Shown piece after piece: positions 51,816-64,000 of a DNA stretch of 64,000 nucleotides. Position numbers and translations under genes: made by a program. Location of the stretch: contig JBHGNT010000004.1 in assembly GCA_043228905.1 (NCBI GenBank), positions 3,968,001 to 4,032,000 on the forward strand. Reading direction: 5' to 3'. The notes beneath the pieces are model-generated. The model did no database searches. It worked only from the letters and a program-made list of their open reading frames with translations, and was not told where the DNA came from. This DNA is from Azolla caroliniana (Eukaryota > Plantae > Polypodiophyta). Within the stretch, counting starts at the first letter, position 1, and each line of letters opens with the position of its first letter.

Positions 51816-52476
51816 CATAGATTGACACATGCGTGATATTCGTGATATTCTCCATGCACAATATTCTCCATATTCGAGAATACAAAATGGCCCCAAGAAT
51901 ATTAAAAAACCATTCGTTTTGTAAAATAAATATAAAAAAATTATATATTTATTTAAATAAATGTATTTCACCAAAAAAAACAATTATTCATTAATAGATT
52001 ATAGTGTCAAGAGAGTTTATGAAACTTATTTTAATTAATTAATTAATTGTTTAAAAACGAATATTTTTAAATTTATTATACAAATATGATTACTAATTAA
52101 TATGAACTTTGAAGATATGATTAGTTTGAAGTACTATTTTTAATTTTAAGATAAAAATATCCATAAATTTTGAGGAAATAAAAAGTGAGAATTAATGAGC
52201 CTTTATTTTATTTTATTTATTTATTAAAAATAAAACGAATACTTATAAGTTATACATTTATTATAAAAATTTAGAATTGTCAAGTCCCCAAAGTCCCTCT
52301 TTTATTATCCCTATTTATTGTTAAGTTCCTTTCTTTTTATCCTAGGAATTTTTTTAATTTTTAATTTTTTTTTTTTGGGGGAGGGGGGTTTAAACGAATA
52401 CTTGACTGCCCATTCGTATTCGTATTCGTTTGCATTCGAATGGGAAACCCGACGAATGCGAATATGTCAATCTATA
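51816..52476. mobile_element. hAT-type MITE in the chromovirus RNase H
   Basis: TIRs CATAGATTGACAC / ATGTCAATCTATA; perfect 8-bp TSD GATGGCGC; very AT-rich interior; TATTCG subterminal repeats. Confidence 0.9.
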
Positions 52477-53828
52477 GATGGCGCCAATGGCAAAGTCAGA
52501 GGCATCGGTTTCGACTTGGAAGGGTTTTGTGGGGTCGGCATGTAGCAGCACCGGGGCAGTGATGAATGCGTGTTTGAGTGAGTCGAACGCATTTTGTGCG
52601 TCCGAGGTCCATAAAAATGGAGTGCCTTTATGGGTGAGAGCAATAAGAGGTTGTGCTAGGGTGGAAAACCCCTTGATGAAGAGACGGTAAAAATTCGCGA
52701 AGCCGAGGAAGGATTGCACATCTTTAAGTCGCCTTGGAGTCGCCCACGCCTGAATGACAGAGACCTTCTTCATATCCATGGTGATGCCAGTGGGCGAGAT
52801 GATGTAGCCCAAAAATTCGATCGAGGTACGGTCAAACTCGCATTTCTCGCCTTTGGCATAAAGGCCATGCTCGCGAAGTTTGGCAAGAACTAATCGGACT
52901 TGGCGAGTGTGCTCCTCCATGTTTGGCGAGAAAATGAGAATATCATCGAGGTAAATGACAACAAAAAGATCAAGATATTCCCGGAAAATATCGTTCATCA
53001 TATGTTGAAAAACTGCGGGAGCATTAGTAAGACCAAAAGGCATTACCTTGTATTCGAAATGCCCATACCGTGTTCGAAATGCGGTTTTCCATTCATCCCC
53101 CAGCTTGATGCGTACTAGATTGTACGCTCCACGTAGATCAACTTTGGAGAAGACACGTGCAACTCAGAGCCGATCAAGGAGTTCGGGGATCAGCGGTAGC
53201 GTATAGCGGTTGCGCACAGTGAGTTTGTTGAGACCTCGGTAGTCGACGCATAAGCGTAGAGAGCCGTCCTTCTTCTTCACAAATAAAATGGGGGCCCTGG
53301 CTGGTGACTTAGAAGGTTGAATAAAGCCTTTCTCGAGGTTCTCATCGAGATACACACGAAGGGCCTTCAACTCTGGTGCAGACAATCGGCCGTAGGAAGT
53401 ATCATGCACGCAATGGTGGCGACCCGACCCGACCTAGCCTATGTCGTAGGAGTGGTCAAACGGTACATGTCAAACCTAGGACGAAAGCGTTGGGAGGCCG
53501 TAAAGCACAACTTCAAGTACCTGAGAGGGACCGAAGATACACAACTAACTTTCGGACTGACAAACTCAGCCAAAGTCGAAGGCTACACCAATTCCGACTA
53601 TGCCAGGAATACGGACAATTGGAAATCGACATTAGGTTACATCATCACCTATGGTGGCGGTGCAATATCATGGAGGTCAAAACTTCAAGAGTGCACGACT
53701 CTTTCAATCACAAAAGCCGAGTACATAGCAGCATCAGAGGCAACGAAGGAAGAGATCTAGGTGCATCGACTGTCTCCCGACTTCTCAGCTATAAGCCAAA
53801 CCGACTGACCTGCGCCAACCATCTATTG

Positions 53829-54332
53829 TGTCACAATACAATGACATAAAATATATAGTTGGTGAGGATTGAACTTACAACCTCACATGAACAATACATC
53901 ATGCTCAACCATCTTCATATAAGCATTGTATAAGATACATTTGATCTACATGTCATTATATAAGGTGTACATGATCTACGTATACTCTCTAGACATATAC
54001 AAAGTTTTAGAAAGTTCCAAGGTTCTAGAAGGCTCTTCAAAATATTCAAATACATGTACTTCAACTTACAGTATAAATACTTGTAACCTTCGTGGTCCCT
54101 TTCAAGGGATTCAAACTATCATGAACACACCAACCCTAGACTACGACGGAGCACGAATGACAAGGCTATGACTGATAAGGTTACAAACGTGGAACTCAAC
54201 GTGATGAGGCTAGAAACTTGGGAAGTTGGGCGCGACGAGATGAGGAACTTAAGATGCTAGGAAGAATACAAGAGCATAAAGACAGAGATGTAAATCAAGG
54301 AGAGAAGATGGGGCTAAACGAGAATCGTGACA
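53829..54332 (+). mobile_element. Solo LTR, chromovirus-type family (more diverged)
   Basis: TGTCAC...CGTGACA with 5-bp TSD TATTG; TATAAATA on the + strand; removal restores copia RH (TIYCNSQSAIHL). Confidence 0.9.
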
Positions 54333-57300
54333 TATTGCAACTCACAGAGTGCAATACACCTCATCAACAATCTCGTTTATCATGCAAAGATGAAGCATAT
54401 TGAGGTGTGGTATCATCACATCCGGGAGCTCACAACCGAGAAGAAGCTCAAAGTCCGGAAGATCGACACTGAGGTGAACATCGCCGATTGTGTGACAAAG
54501 CCACTCCCAGATCAACACTTCGGAGCACTAAGGACAAAGATGGGACTATGACAAGCAACCGAGTAGAAGAAAGTCAAACAAGGAGTAGAAGGTAAGAGTC
54601 GACCGGATCAATCATGATAATGAGCCATGCTAGGCTCGACACGAACCTCACTTATGCCGACTCGACTATATGCCGACCGACTTGTAACATAAATCAAGAT
54701 TAGTGTTGTAATCTAAGTTTACGGGGGAGACAACCCCAAACACATGTACATGTAGGAAAGAGTAGTCCTTTTACGAGGTAGTTTGTTGGCATAAAAGGCC
54801 GATTCCCTCCACTTTGTATCCTAGTGTGAACTCGTTCACATAGTTAGGGCTTAATATATAAGCAATAACCTAACGATGTAAAGAATAATCTTCTTGATCA
54901 TAGATCAGATATCGAGTCTTTGAAAGAGAGACAGAGAACGTAATAGAGCTTCCATTAAAGCTTCAATCTGTGTATATCCTTGCTTCTCTTTCTGTGTTGT
55001 TTTCTGAGTACGAATTGAGACAGATCCTCATACATTTCCGCATACACTCACGCTTCAAGTATTGCAGTTGATGCTCGAGTACGAAATTGGAAGGGCTGCG
55101 ATAATATGACTTGTGGTTTCAGGTTTCCTTTAGAACAAGTGAGGTATGGGATCTCCAATATAGAATATTCAACATGTGGGAGCGTAAAGAGGTCAAAGGT
55201 CAACAGACAAAGAAGGCCAAGATAGATCCACCACTGGAAATGAAGAGGAAGTCACGTAAAAGTAACTTAGTTATTGAGGATTATGACCGAAGATATGAAG
55301 CTGCACCATTGGAGGTCATTGCAAGGAATTAAAGATGATAAATTGTTAATATCTGTATTGTCTCGAGTTGCAGCCAAGGAGTTTAGCTTAGACGAGATGG
55401 TGGCCGAGTTTCAAAAGTAAGTAGTATTGATATGCTCGTCATTTATTTGCTTGTGCATTTGCTTTGATGTCTAATTTTACATTTCATAACTTATTTTTAA
55501 TCATAAAGTATACATGAAGATACAAGAACTGATGATGAAAAAATTGTTCTTGCCAACTTGGGAAGAAGTGGAACAAGCTTGTCCAGTAACATCATTATAT
55601 AAGGCATTGCAAGAGTTCTTCATTATATTTAGAGAACGGGTATGTGTATTTTCAATTTGAATAGATTCATTTATCATATAGATTCCTTACAAAATCGAAT
55701 ATTGCAAAAACTACCTTGATCAAAAGAAAGTTAGTGATAGTAATGAGGTATTCCAAATTCGTTCATCATGCACTTGGAACATGTTAAATATGAAAAGAGA
55801 ATGACATCGGGAAAGTAGTAGGAAGTGACGAAGGACTTGAAAACGGTAAAAGGTTTTTTTGCCCAAAGTTTACCCTTTCAAACAATTACATTATAATGTA
55901 TTGGGGATGTGGCGAATATGCTCGAAATATTACCAAAAAGGCACATACATCGTGTGTTGCAGATATGCCGTACGGAATCTGAACCATGGGATCCATGTAC
56001 AATGATGTGCATTTCAAGTATCCCCAGATCAAGAAGATGGTAAAGGACTTCGTAGAGTTTTCTCATAGATCTAATTGTGGAAGATTCTATGACTAAAGTT
56101 TTTCTTGTTACAATAACCATGGATGATTTTATGATTGGCCTCCAAAATGCTAGACTACAAACAAATGATGTTTCTTTACCCAAACATCTACACCTAGAAT
56201 ATATAGTGTAACAAAGTCAAGTGGAAAAGTAGTGATGCAATGCAAGAAAAAATATCTAGTCCCCACCATAGCAAACATGAACACACATACCTCAACCAAC
56301 ATAGACCTTACTATTAGTGGTGTAAGCATTGTAAATCATCTCCTAAGGCTCCTTTAACCATTTCATCTGGAGATCCTACTAAGAGGACCTCCATTACCAG
56401 ACATTAGAACCAATCTTGTCAACTTAGCATATGACCATAGGGGTGAACCATGAGGCTTGGGGGTGATCAAACCTTACTTCAAAGATGGAAGACGATGTGA
56501 AAAAGAACAATAATAATACGATAGGGTGTTGCCTCTCTACTTACAAGTAGACGAGAATATGTACTAGGGGGATCAACGAGACAATCCCCATGAATTACCT
56601 GGAAAACAATTGATACCCAACATAGAGTGGCTTTAGCTACCTAGGCCCTGAAGTAGTGAATGATTTTCTTACCAAGAAGAAGGTGTTTGTGATACTACCA
56701 TCTACACAATAAAATAACCATCCTAATGCTAATATCAAGATCAAGAGAACAACCATAGGAACCATAACAATTATACTTATGACAAAGCAAACCCCCTTTT
56801 GGTGGTCAACAATCATCACTCTCAAAGGCGCCACATTCCCAAAAGCACTCACTTTGCACCACAAACAACCACCCCACAACCCAACACACTTTGGTGACCC
56901 CCCTTTTCATCTCTCATAACTGAATCCACCCTCCCTCACTATTAAGCTACAAACATAGCCAAAATGATTGTCAAACACTCTTAATCTACGACTGATCATG
57001 TAAAGCACCTAGATGAACTCCCTTTATCTCTTATGGGCCAAATTTCTTAATTGTCTCATAGACCAAATTTAGAAGATTTTAATATATCTTATATTTCTTA
57101 ATGTTAAAACTTCATTAATACAACAATGCAATCTCTATTAAGAATTGGTATATTTACTTTAGGTTAGTAATACATAATGGATGTTTTCAATTAATACAAA
57201 TATCATGCATATACAAGTTGCTATCTTATGTACCTAAGATAGGAAACTTAAGCACTAAGTGTTCTTAGAAATGAGAGAGATTAAGAGAGAGCTTTAGTCT

Positions 57301-57907
57301 AAATAACTTTTATATGTCCTTCAAAATATAAGCTCTTGTCTTTGGATTGATTCGCAAAGATGGCTACACTATACTTATAATCTATTTATTTAAAAATTAA
57401 TAACTCTTGTTTAGATGTGATAGCCTTGGATGTCGTTTTCTTTGTGTAGACACATTGGGTTACTTTATTGGTACAAAGCTATTTAACATGATGAAATGGT
57501 AAAATATATCTCTTCATTAAATAATCCAATAGAGATAGTGATGGAGGGTTCCATTGCATTAGGGTGGAAGTTTCACTTTGCTTATGGAATCAATGATAAG
57601 GGGTTTCTACTTCATTAGTTCGTACGTTCCCCATGTCTTTATGTGTGTCCTTATGTTAGGGATAAGTATCATTTTTTGTCATTGTCTAAGTACCTATAAG
57701 TTAGCATCGTGAAATTGCTTCTACCTTCTCCGCCCCTGCCTCCCCCCACCTCTGTGACATACATTAGTTAAATTCAAGAACATCAAAAGTCACCAATCTA
57801 TAATTCTTAAACATTGGGAATCACTTATCAACCCCACATACTACAGGAAAATGTTTCACTTTAGTCTTGTAAAGGTCATATTTGACCTTTGAGTTGATAC
57901 TTTAGTC

Positions 57908-57943
<36 letters not shown>

Positions 57944-60853
57944 AACACACACAATAAGTCTTTATGGATGTTAAAAATATATCAATCTATCCTTGGTGTT
58001 TTACATTGTAACAACAAAGTCATAAAAGTGTAAGCATTGAGAACCGAAGTTCAATCTTCAGTATGAACCTGGCCATGTCTCATAGATAGTATTCAATCTC
58101 TCTTGTGAATGTTAATAACTTTTGTCTCTTTGCAGTGACTCATGAAGTCATTAATTGAATACACCAATGTGACATGCAATTGATGACTTATCGTGATTAT
58201 TAAGCGTAATTCAATATAACGGCCTTAGACCTACTTTACTTTGAGACAGAGTGAATGTCGATGTTATAAAACTCAATGCAACAAAAGCAATAAATAACAT
58301 TTATGATAAAGATTTGTCTTTACTAGTACGTCATACAAAGTCAATAAATAAAAGCAAGACATCCTCACTTGTATTTGAATGTTGGTGTAACTTGTTCTAC
58401 GCATGCACATGATACTTTTAAGTTATGGACGACCTTATTATACAGTGCATGTGTATTACACATAATGAATGATATTTTGTGCAAGAGCTGTTGTTATGTC
58501 CTTTTCACGATATTTGACCATTCATACAAGTAGTTTTTATTTTCTATATCTATGATTTTGGGTGTTTGTTTTATGAATGATGTGTGGATGGATAGTCATA
58601 GCCTATAGGTAATTGCATTAGGGTTAACCAGAAACAATTTTGTCTTATGTGGACAGGCTCTAAATCTTTATCTTCATTTCATCTTATGGTAATTGAATAT
58701 GTAATTAATGTTGAATGTGTATACACACACACTCTCTCTCTCTAGAAAAATTGACATTTGGCATGTTGTTTTTGGAATGTATGTATAAGATTAGGAAAGG
58801 TTTCTAGCAAGATAATTATTGAGTTTTGTGAGTCAAGTGCCTTAGAAAGTGCATATTTTGTAGTTTCCTTGTCTACATAGGTCTTGGCATGTGATACACT
58901 TCCAAAGGTGGGTTTATATATTAATGATAAAAGGAATGGTCTAATGTTAGAAGGGAAGAAAGGAGAGATGGTAGCTACAAATAAACTAGAAGTTGGATAG
59001 AGGAGAAACCCAAGAATGAGGGTGGGAGTGAGAAGAGTTAAGATTAAAAGTGGCTTGAGGTTCAATCTATGTACGGGGGGTCATTGGCCATGGCAATGTA
59101 CATAAAAGAGTAAACGTCTTGGCCATGGGGGTGGTCAAGACGTTTGAACTCCTTAAAAGATGAGTGTTGTATTTAATACAAAACTAATCATATTGTTATG
59201 CAATCCATTACTTTGTTGATTGAACTTCTATTATGTTTTGTTGATTGACAAAGATAAAAAATGAATAAAAGCACAAGGTAAAAGCAAATGAGACACCTTC
59301 CCATGACATCTTGCTTTGGCCTGATGCAACCTATACTTTTATGCCACATAAGAGTACTCCAATGTCTTCAGATATACATTTGGTAATTATAGAGTTTGAG
59401 AAAAGGGAAGAGTCATTGTATGAACATAGAACCTTTAGTTCACTTTACAGTTGTCTCATGTAAATTTACAGCCAAATGCTATGAGATGATGAAGAGCTAC
59501 AATTTACTTGCTCATGTACCTTGAGATTTTATAGCATTGAACATTGTATTTAATTTTTGGCTCTTCTAAACATTTATTAAGTTCATAGCCCTATTTATCC
59601 AAGTTGTTTTCAACAAATTAATGGCAAAAGTCTAGAAGCTAAAGGACTCACAAAAAATTGAAGAAAAACCAAAGTCTATATGCTCATAAATTCATTGAAT
59701 GATGCACTCACGATTTGAAGATTTTGGCATTTCATAATGTTGAATTTGTGATGCATGAACCACAATACACACACACATACATAGTGATACACAATCACTT
59801 GAGCTTTATTGATTGAACGAATTCCTCAACTATGTTGACTATGTAACTAGATTGAATGAGGTACTCTTTTTCATACACACATGTGCTCATGCAAAAAGCC
59901 AAGGGAGCACTTAGAAGGCATGGTAGAGAGCCATAAATAGATTACTCACTACTAACATTGCGTCTAGAAGAAAATACAATGTATCACCTTATCAACTAAT
60001 GTATAGTCTAGGACCTATGCGTCCAATGAATGTGTCCACGTTTATTACTCTTAAATACATTAAAGAGAGCCCAAGTCGTACTATTATTGGAGCAATTAGA
60101 ATATACAATTCATTCCCCTAACATGTGAATTGATATACTATACTTCGGAGCTATAGGTGATGCATGGAAAACATAAATGCTCTAGTATCACTCCAGTTTC
60201 AATATAGATTTTGCATGCGTGTAGTATGACAACGATAGCCAAGAAAAACATGTCATTTCAAGTTTTGATCCCTACATTGAGTTGTCCAAATAGAGGGAGG
60301 GAAGAACCTTGAAAATCAATAAATATAAGATACCATCTATTACCCTAGCACACTTATTTGTTTGTTATAAACCATGCCTAATCCAAGCAAAGTGACCAAA
60401 TTCTCTTATTGATAATGCGAAACATGCATACCACACTAAGATGCCAAGTGTAATTATCTTCACATAGATTATATGTATATTAAGAGATCATTTAGTGTGC
60501 AGGCCAACAACACAACAAAGCAAAAGCCTATAACATTGAGAGGGTTCACACCGGAATGAGTGAGTGAAGAAAAGAGTGCGGACCCAAGTGAAAGCCTCTC
60601 ACTTCAAAAGAGCCATTCACATTAGATGGGTAAATAAGAGACACGTTCTTTTCTATCCAACCTCCTTTTTTATATTTGATTGGTTGATCGATGTAACGTA
60701 TATAGACTAGAGAGGATTCATAAAAACTAAAGAAATTAAAGGAAGAACGAAAGAAAGGAGTATTTAAAGAAAGGGAGAGTAGCTTTAAAATTGTTGTGAT
60801 CGCGCCGAGTACGGTGTCAGGAGGTGTTTTTGTCAACGCGAGGGGTCAAAAAA

Positions 60854-61180
60854 AGTGATGCAATATTCTCGCAATAGAGGAGGAGACAAGAGGCTTAAAA
60901 AGTGTTGTGATGTTCTGACACTAAGAAAGCCCCATGTGTACATTGGGTTAACCAGAGACACAAATTTGTGTGGTTAAGGCAAGCCCCAATGTGGGTTTAA
61001 ACTATAAACTCGTGTAAAGTGATGCAATATTCTCGCAATAGAGGAGGAGACGAGAGGCTTAAAAAAGTGGTGTGATGTTCTGACACTAAGAAAGCCCCAT
61101 GTGCACATGGGGTTAACTAGAAACTCAAAATTGTGTGGTTAAGGCAAGCCCAAATGTGGGTTTAACTATAAACTCATGTA
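60854..61180. repeat. Tandem duplication of ~163 bp upstream of carboxylesterase copy B
   Basis: AAGTGATGCAATATTCTCGCAATAGAGG...AACTATAAACTC occurs twice in tandem. Confidence 0.9.
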
Positions 61181-61349
61181 TGGTTAACTCAACCCAAGTG
61201 TGGTTAACTCAACTCAAAGTGTGGTTACCTTAACTCAAGTGTGGTTGAACTTTAACTCATGTGGGGATGCTTAAAATCGAGAGCGGCTAAACTTAACAGA
61301 AGAAGAAGAAGAAAGAATAGACAAAACAAAAGAAAAACAGAGGTTGTAG

Positions 61350-63185
61350 ATGGAGCCATATGGCCACGAAACAGAGCTCAAGCTCCCACTCTCATTGAAG
61401 CTCTTCTTAATAATCGAGAAGCTTATGAGCGCTTTGATTTTCCGCAGAGATGGGTCCATCAATCGAAGCGTATCTGACTTCTTTGATTACCTACTCTCTG
61501 TGAAGCCTTATTCCCCACGCCATGGCATCTCTTGTAAAGACATCCTTATCGACAAAAACAAAGGGTTTGGCTTCAGAATCTATACCCCTTCAACAACTCC
61601 AGGTTAGGGATTGGTTCAGGATTAATCCATTTTAGGGTGTGTTACGGGATAGAACATAGAAGTATTAACGTTGGATTGGGTTAGGATCAGTATTGCTAAA
61701 ATGTAGGGTTAGGGATAAAGCCATGCTAGGATTATTTACATAGTTCGGTTTGAGTTAAGGTTTAAGGTTAAGCGGTGAATAATGTTAAGTTAGGATTATG
61801 AATGGGTTATGGATAAAGTTTAGGTTTGGATACATAGTTAGGTTGGAGTTAAGTTTTAAGGTTAAAGTGATGAATAAGGTTAAGTTAGGATTATGGATAA
61901 AGTTTAGGTTTGGATTATGGATATTGAGCTGTGTTTGGAGTTTGGATGTTAGGCTGGGGTGGTGTTGGGTTATATTCTTGATTAAGGTCAAAGATAGAAC
62001 TCAGGCTATGATTATGGATCAAGGTTAGGTCAGGAGTATTCTTAAGGTCAAGGTGAGGTTCTGAATTATGGTTAATGGATAAGATTAAGGTTATATCAGG
62101 GTTGTGGACTCGGTTAGCTATGGTTAGATTAGGAATATTGGTAAGATTAAGATCAGGTTAGGAATATTGGTAAGATTAGGTATATTAGTAAGGTAAAAAT
62201 TGGGCTGGGAATATTGATAGCATTAAAGTTAGGTTAGAACTATTGGTAAGGTTAGGGTTTAGGTTAGGACTATGAATCATGATTAAGACTAGGTTAGGGT
62301 TATTGTCGAGGTTAAGTTTATGTTTAAGGGGCTAAGGTTAGGTCAGGAGTAGGGATTGGTTTCTTTTTTCCTCTTTTTACTTACCCTTTGGTCTTTATTT
62401 TCATACTAGGAGAAAAGGGATTCCCAATAGTCTTCTATATCCATGGAGGTGGATTTGTTTTTATGACTCCGAGAAACCGAATTTATGATGCCTTTTGCAA
62501 TCGTCTATGTGAATCTTGCAATGCGATAGTTATCTCCATTGACTATCGTAGGTCACCTGAGTTTCGATACCCTACTGCCTACGAAGATTGCTTGACGACA
62601 ATTACATGGGTCCATCACAATATTAAGAATAAAATTTCACCTTATGCAGATGCTTCTTCCATGTATTTGGTGGGTGATAGTGCCGGGGGGAACATTGTGC
62701 ATCATGTCACATCGATGATACTCACTAATATGCCAAAAGAATCACGAAATCCGCTAAAACTCAAAGGTATTGTCTTGCTTTGCCCATTCTTTGGCGGAGA
62801 AGAAAGAACACCAAGTGAGATTCGTATGAGTTATAGTCCTCTCATAACTCTTCAAGCATGTGATTCATATTGGAATGCTTATCTCCCCCTCGGAGTCACT
62901 AGAGACCACCAAGCAGCCCATGTGTTTGGTCAACATGACACATACGACTATATGAAGCTTGATTTCCCCCCTGCCATGGTCATAGTTGCAGAACATGATA
63001 TGTTGAAAGATTGGCAACTACGTTATGTTGAGCAATTTCGGGAATTTGATAAGAGAATCATTCTCGAGTATTGCAAGGGAGGATTCCACTCCTCCCATCT
63101 TTTCCCCCAAATGGAAATGTCTTCGTATGTGATTGATAGGTTGTGTCAGTTTATGGAAGAATGTTCTGAATTCGAAAGAAGATAA
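61350..63185 (+). CDS. GID1-like carboxylesterase, copy B, 342 aa
   Basis: join(61350..61602,62410..63185); same motifs and intact Ser-Asp-His triad as copy A. Confidence 0.93.
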
Positions 63186-64000
63186 TCAATGAAAAAGGTA
63201 GTCATCTAGACGCATCATAAAGGAATTCATCTAGACGCATAGTATAGTCATCGACGAAGATGATCCATCATAAAGGCAGGGTATAGTCACCACCAACGTT
63301 CAAATATTGCTCTAGTATAATGAAGCAACAAATTTTCTAGATCCTCGGTCTTCTAGATGGGACTAATCTCATGTCTTAGATCTTGTAATTATCTATTTGT
63401 GTAAATTGAATGTTTGATAGATGTATTTGGTTAAAGCTATGTATATTCCATCATATCTACATCAAATATGTCTTCTCATACGACATCAATATTGGGCCAT
63501 AACTAGCTTAATGTTAGAAACACAATGTCAAAATGAACATGTCATTACATATGATTGCATCAATTTGATGTTAGGGACGTGAAGAAACTATTATAATGCT
63601 AGAAAGTGCAAAGAGGGGAAATTAATATCAAGGGTGTGATATAGATGTAATCCTTGAGTAGTTATAGACATGTTACAATTGAAGATTCACATGACAGGTG
63701 TTCCACGAGTTAGGTAATGTCCCAAAAAATGTTACTACGTACATCTTTGAATCTAGCTTCATTTCCAACATCTTCCATTGCAAAATGACTACACCAAACT
63801 TGTTATATGGCTAGTGACATAATTAGATTAGTTAATCTCAATCTTGTATAGCTTTTAGGTGTGTTAAATCAGGCTAACAACTTGGCCAAAATTCTTCCTC
63901 CAAACCAAGATTATGATGCAATATTACGCCAATCTATACCTTATTGTTCGCAAGATTGGTACCTTTGATCTAATGTAGCTACACAGTTGTTGATGATCAT

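Larger units (their letters stand above)
49301..53385 (-). mobile_element. 5'-truncated chromovirus (Ty3/gypsy, Tcn1/Tf1-like) with chromodomain integrase
   Basis: 3' LTR 49301-49647, PPT at 49651-49660; RT (PFGLTNAPA..YLDD), RH (TDASD), integrase (HDDPLAGH, HPQTDGQTER), GPY/F and chromodomain (EYEVDQILDSR..YLVLWRGY..TWEP); gag and 5' LTR missing. Confidence 0.92.
40802..55057 (+). mobile_element. Old Ty1/copia retrotransposon (host of nest 2)
   Basis: LTRs 40802-41073 and 54784-55057; TSD AGTAT; PBS TGGTATCAGAGC (41076); gag (KFDGKNFALWK), protease, integrase (KCIFLGYG) and RT/RH (TRPDLAY, SWRSKLQ, KHIE) fragments. Confidence 0.95.
58074..63625 (+). repeat. Segmental duplication, copy B (paralogous to 33850-37250)
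   Basis: Collinear with copy A except for ~2.3 kb of extra sequence (~58766-61100) upstream of the gene. Confidence 0.93.

Noticed and set aside
53855-53925. Functional tRNA genes in the LTRs (also at 42557 and 49581)
   Set aside because: No acceptor stem and no canonical 7-nt anticodon loop; only promoter-like and T-arm features remain.
55878-59065. Short ORFs 55878-56183, 56637-56879 and 58742-59065 as genes
   Set aside because: No recognisable motifs or splice structure; probably decayed TE or intergenic sequence.
59112-59145. 14-bp hairpin AAACGTCTTGGCCA/TGGTCAAGACGTTT as a Helitron 3' end
   Set aside because: No CTRR terminus at the expected distance on either strand.

Overview
Repeat-rich nuclear DNA from a land plant. 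A non-seed plant, probably a fern, is inferred from the TE lineages and is not proven. Host genes are a 5-exon nuclear gene for mitochondrial ribosomal protein S9 (4972-9902) and two intact paralogous 2-exon GID1-like carboxylesterases (34816-36566, 61350-63185) from a local segmental duplication. About half of the window is two LTR-retrotransposon nests. Nest 1 (12131-29449) is an old Ty1/copia carrying a hAT MITE, a tRNA-Trp-primed Ty3/gypsy and a related gag-only element. Nest 2 (40802-55057) is an old copia carrying a very young intact copia, a truncated chromovirus, two solo LTRs, another gypsy LTR remnant and a hAT MITE. Also present are two RTE-X-like LINE fragments, a decayed U6 copy, a pogo-like element and a PPR pseudogene. 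Most interesting observations: (1) three diverged chromovirus-type LTRs all carry an outward-facing tRNA-like (A/B-box, T-arm) module at the U3 edge; (2) the Trp-primed gypsy family inserts at ACGY with 4-bp TSDs, has a gag-only partner and a virus-like G-GAU-UUU -1 frameshift signal; (3) the carboxylesterase intron is built of degenerate telomere-like repeats that supply the splice donor. All alignments and counts were made by eye.
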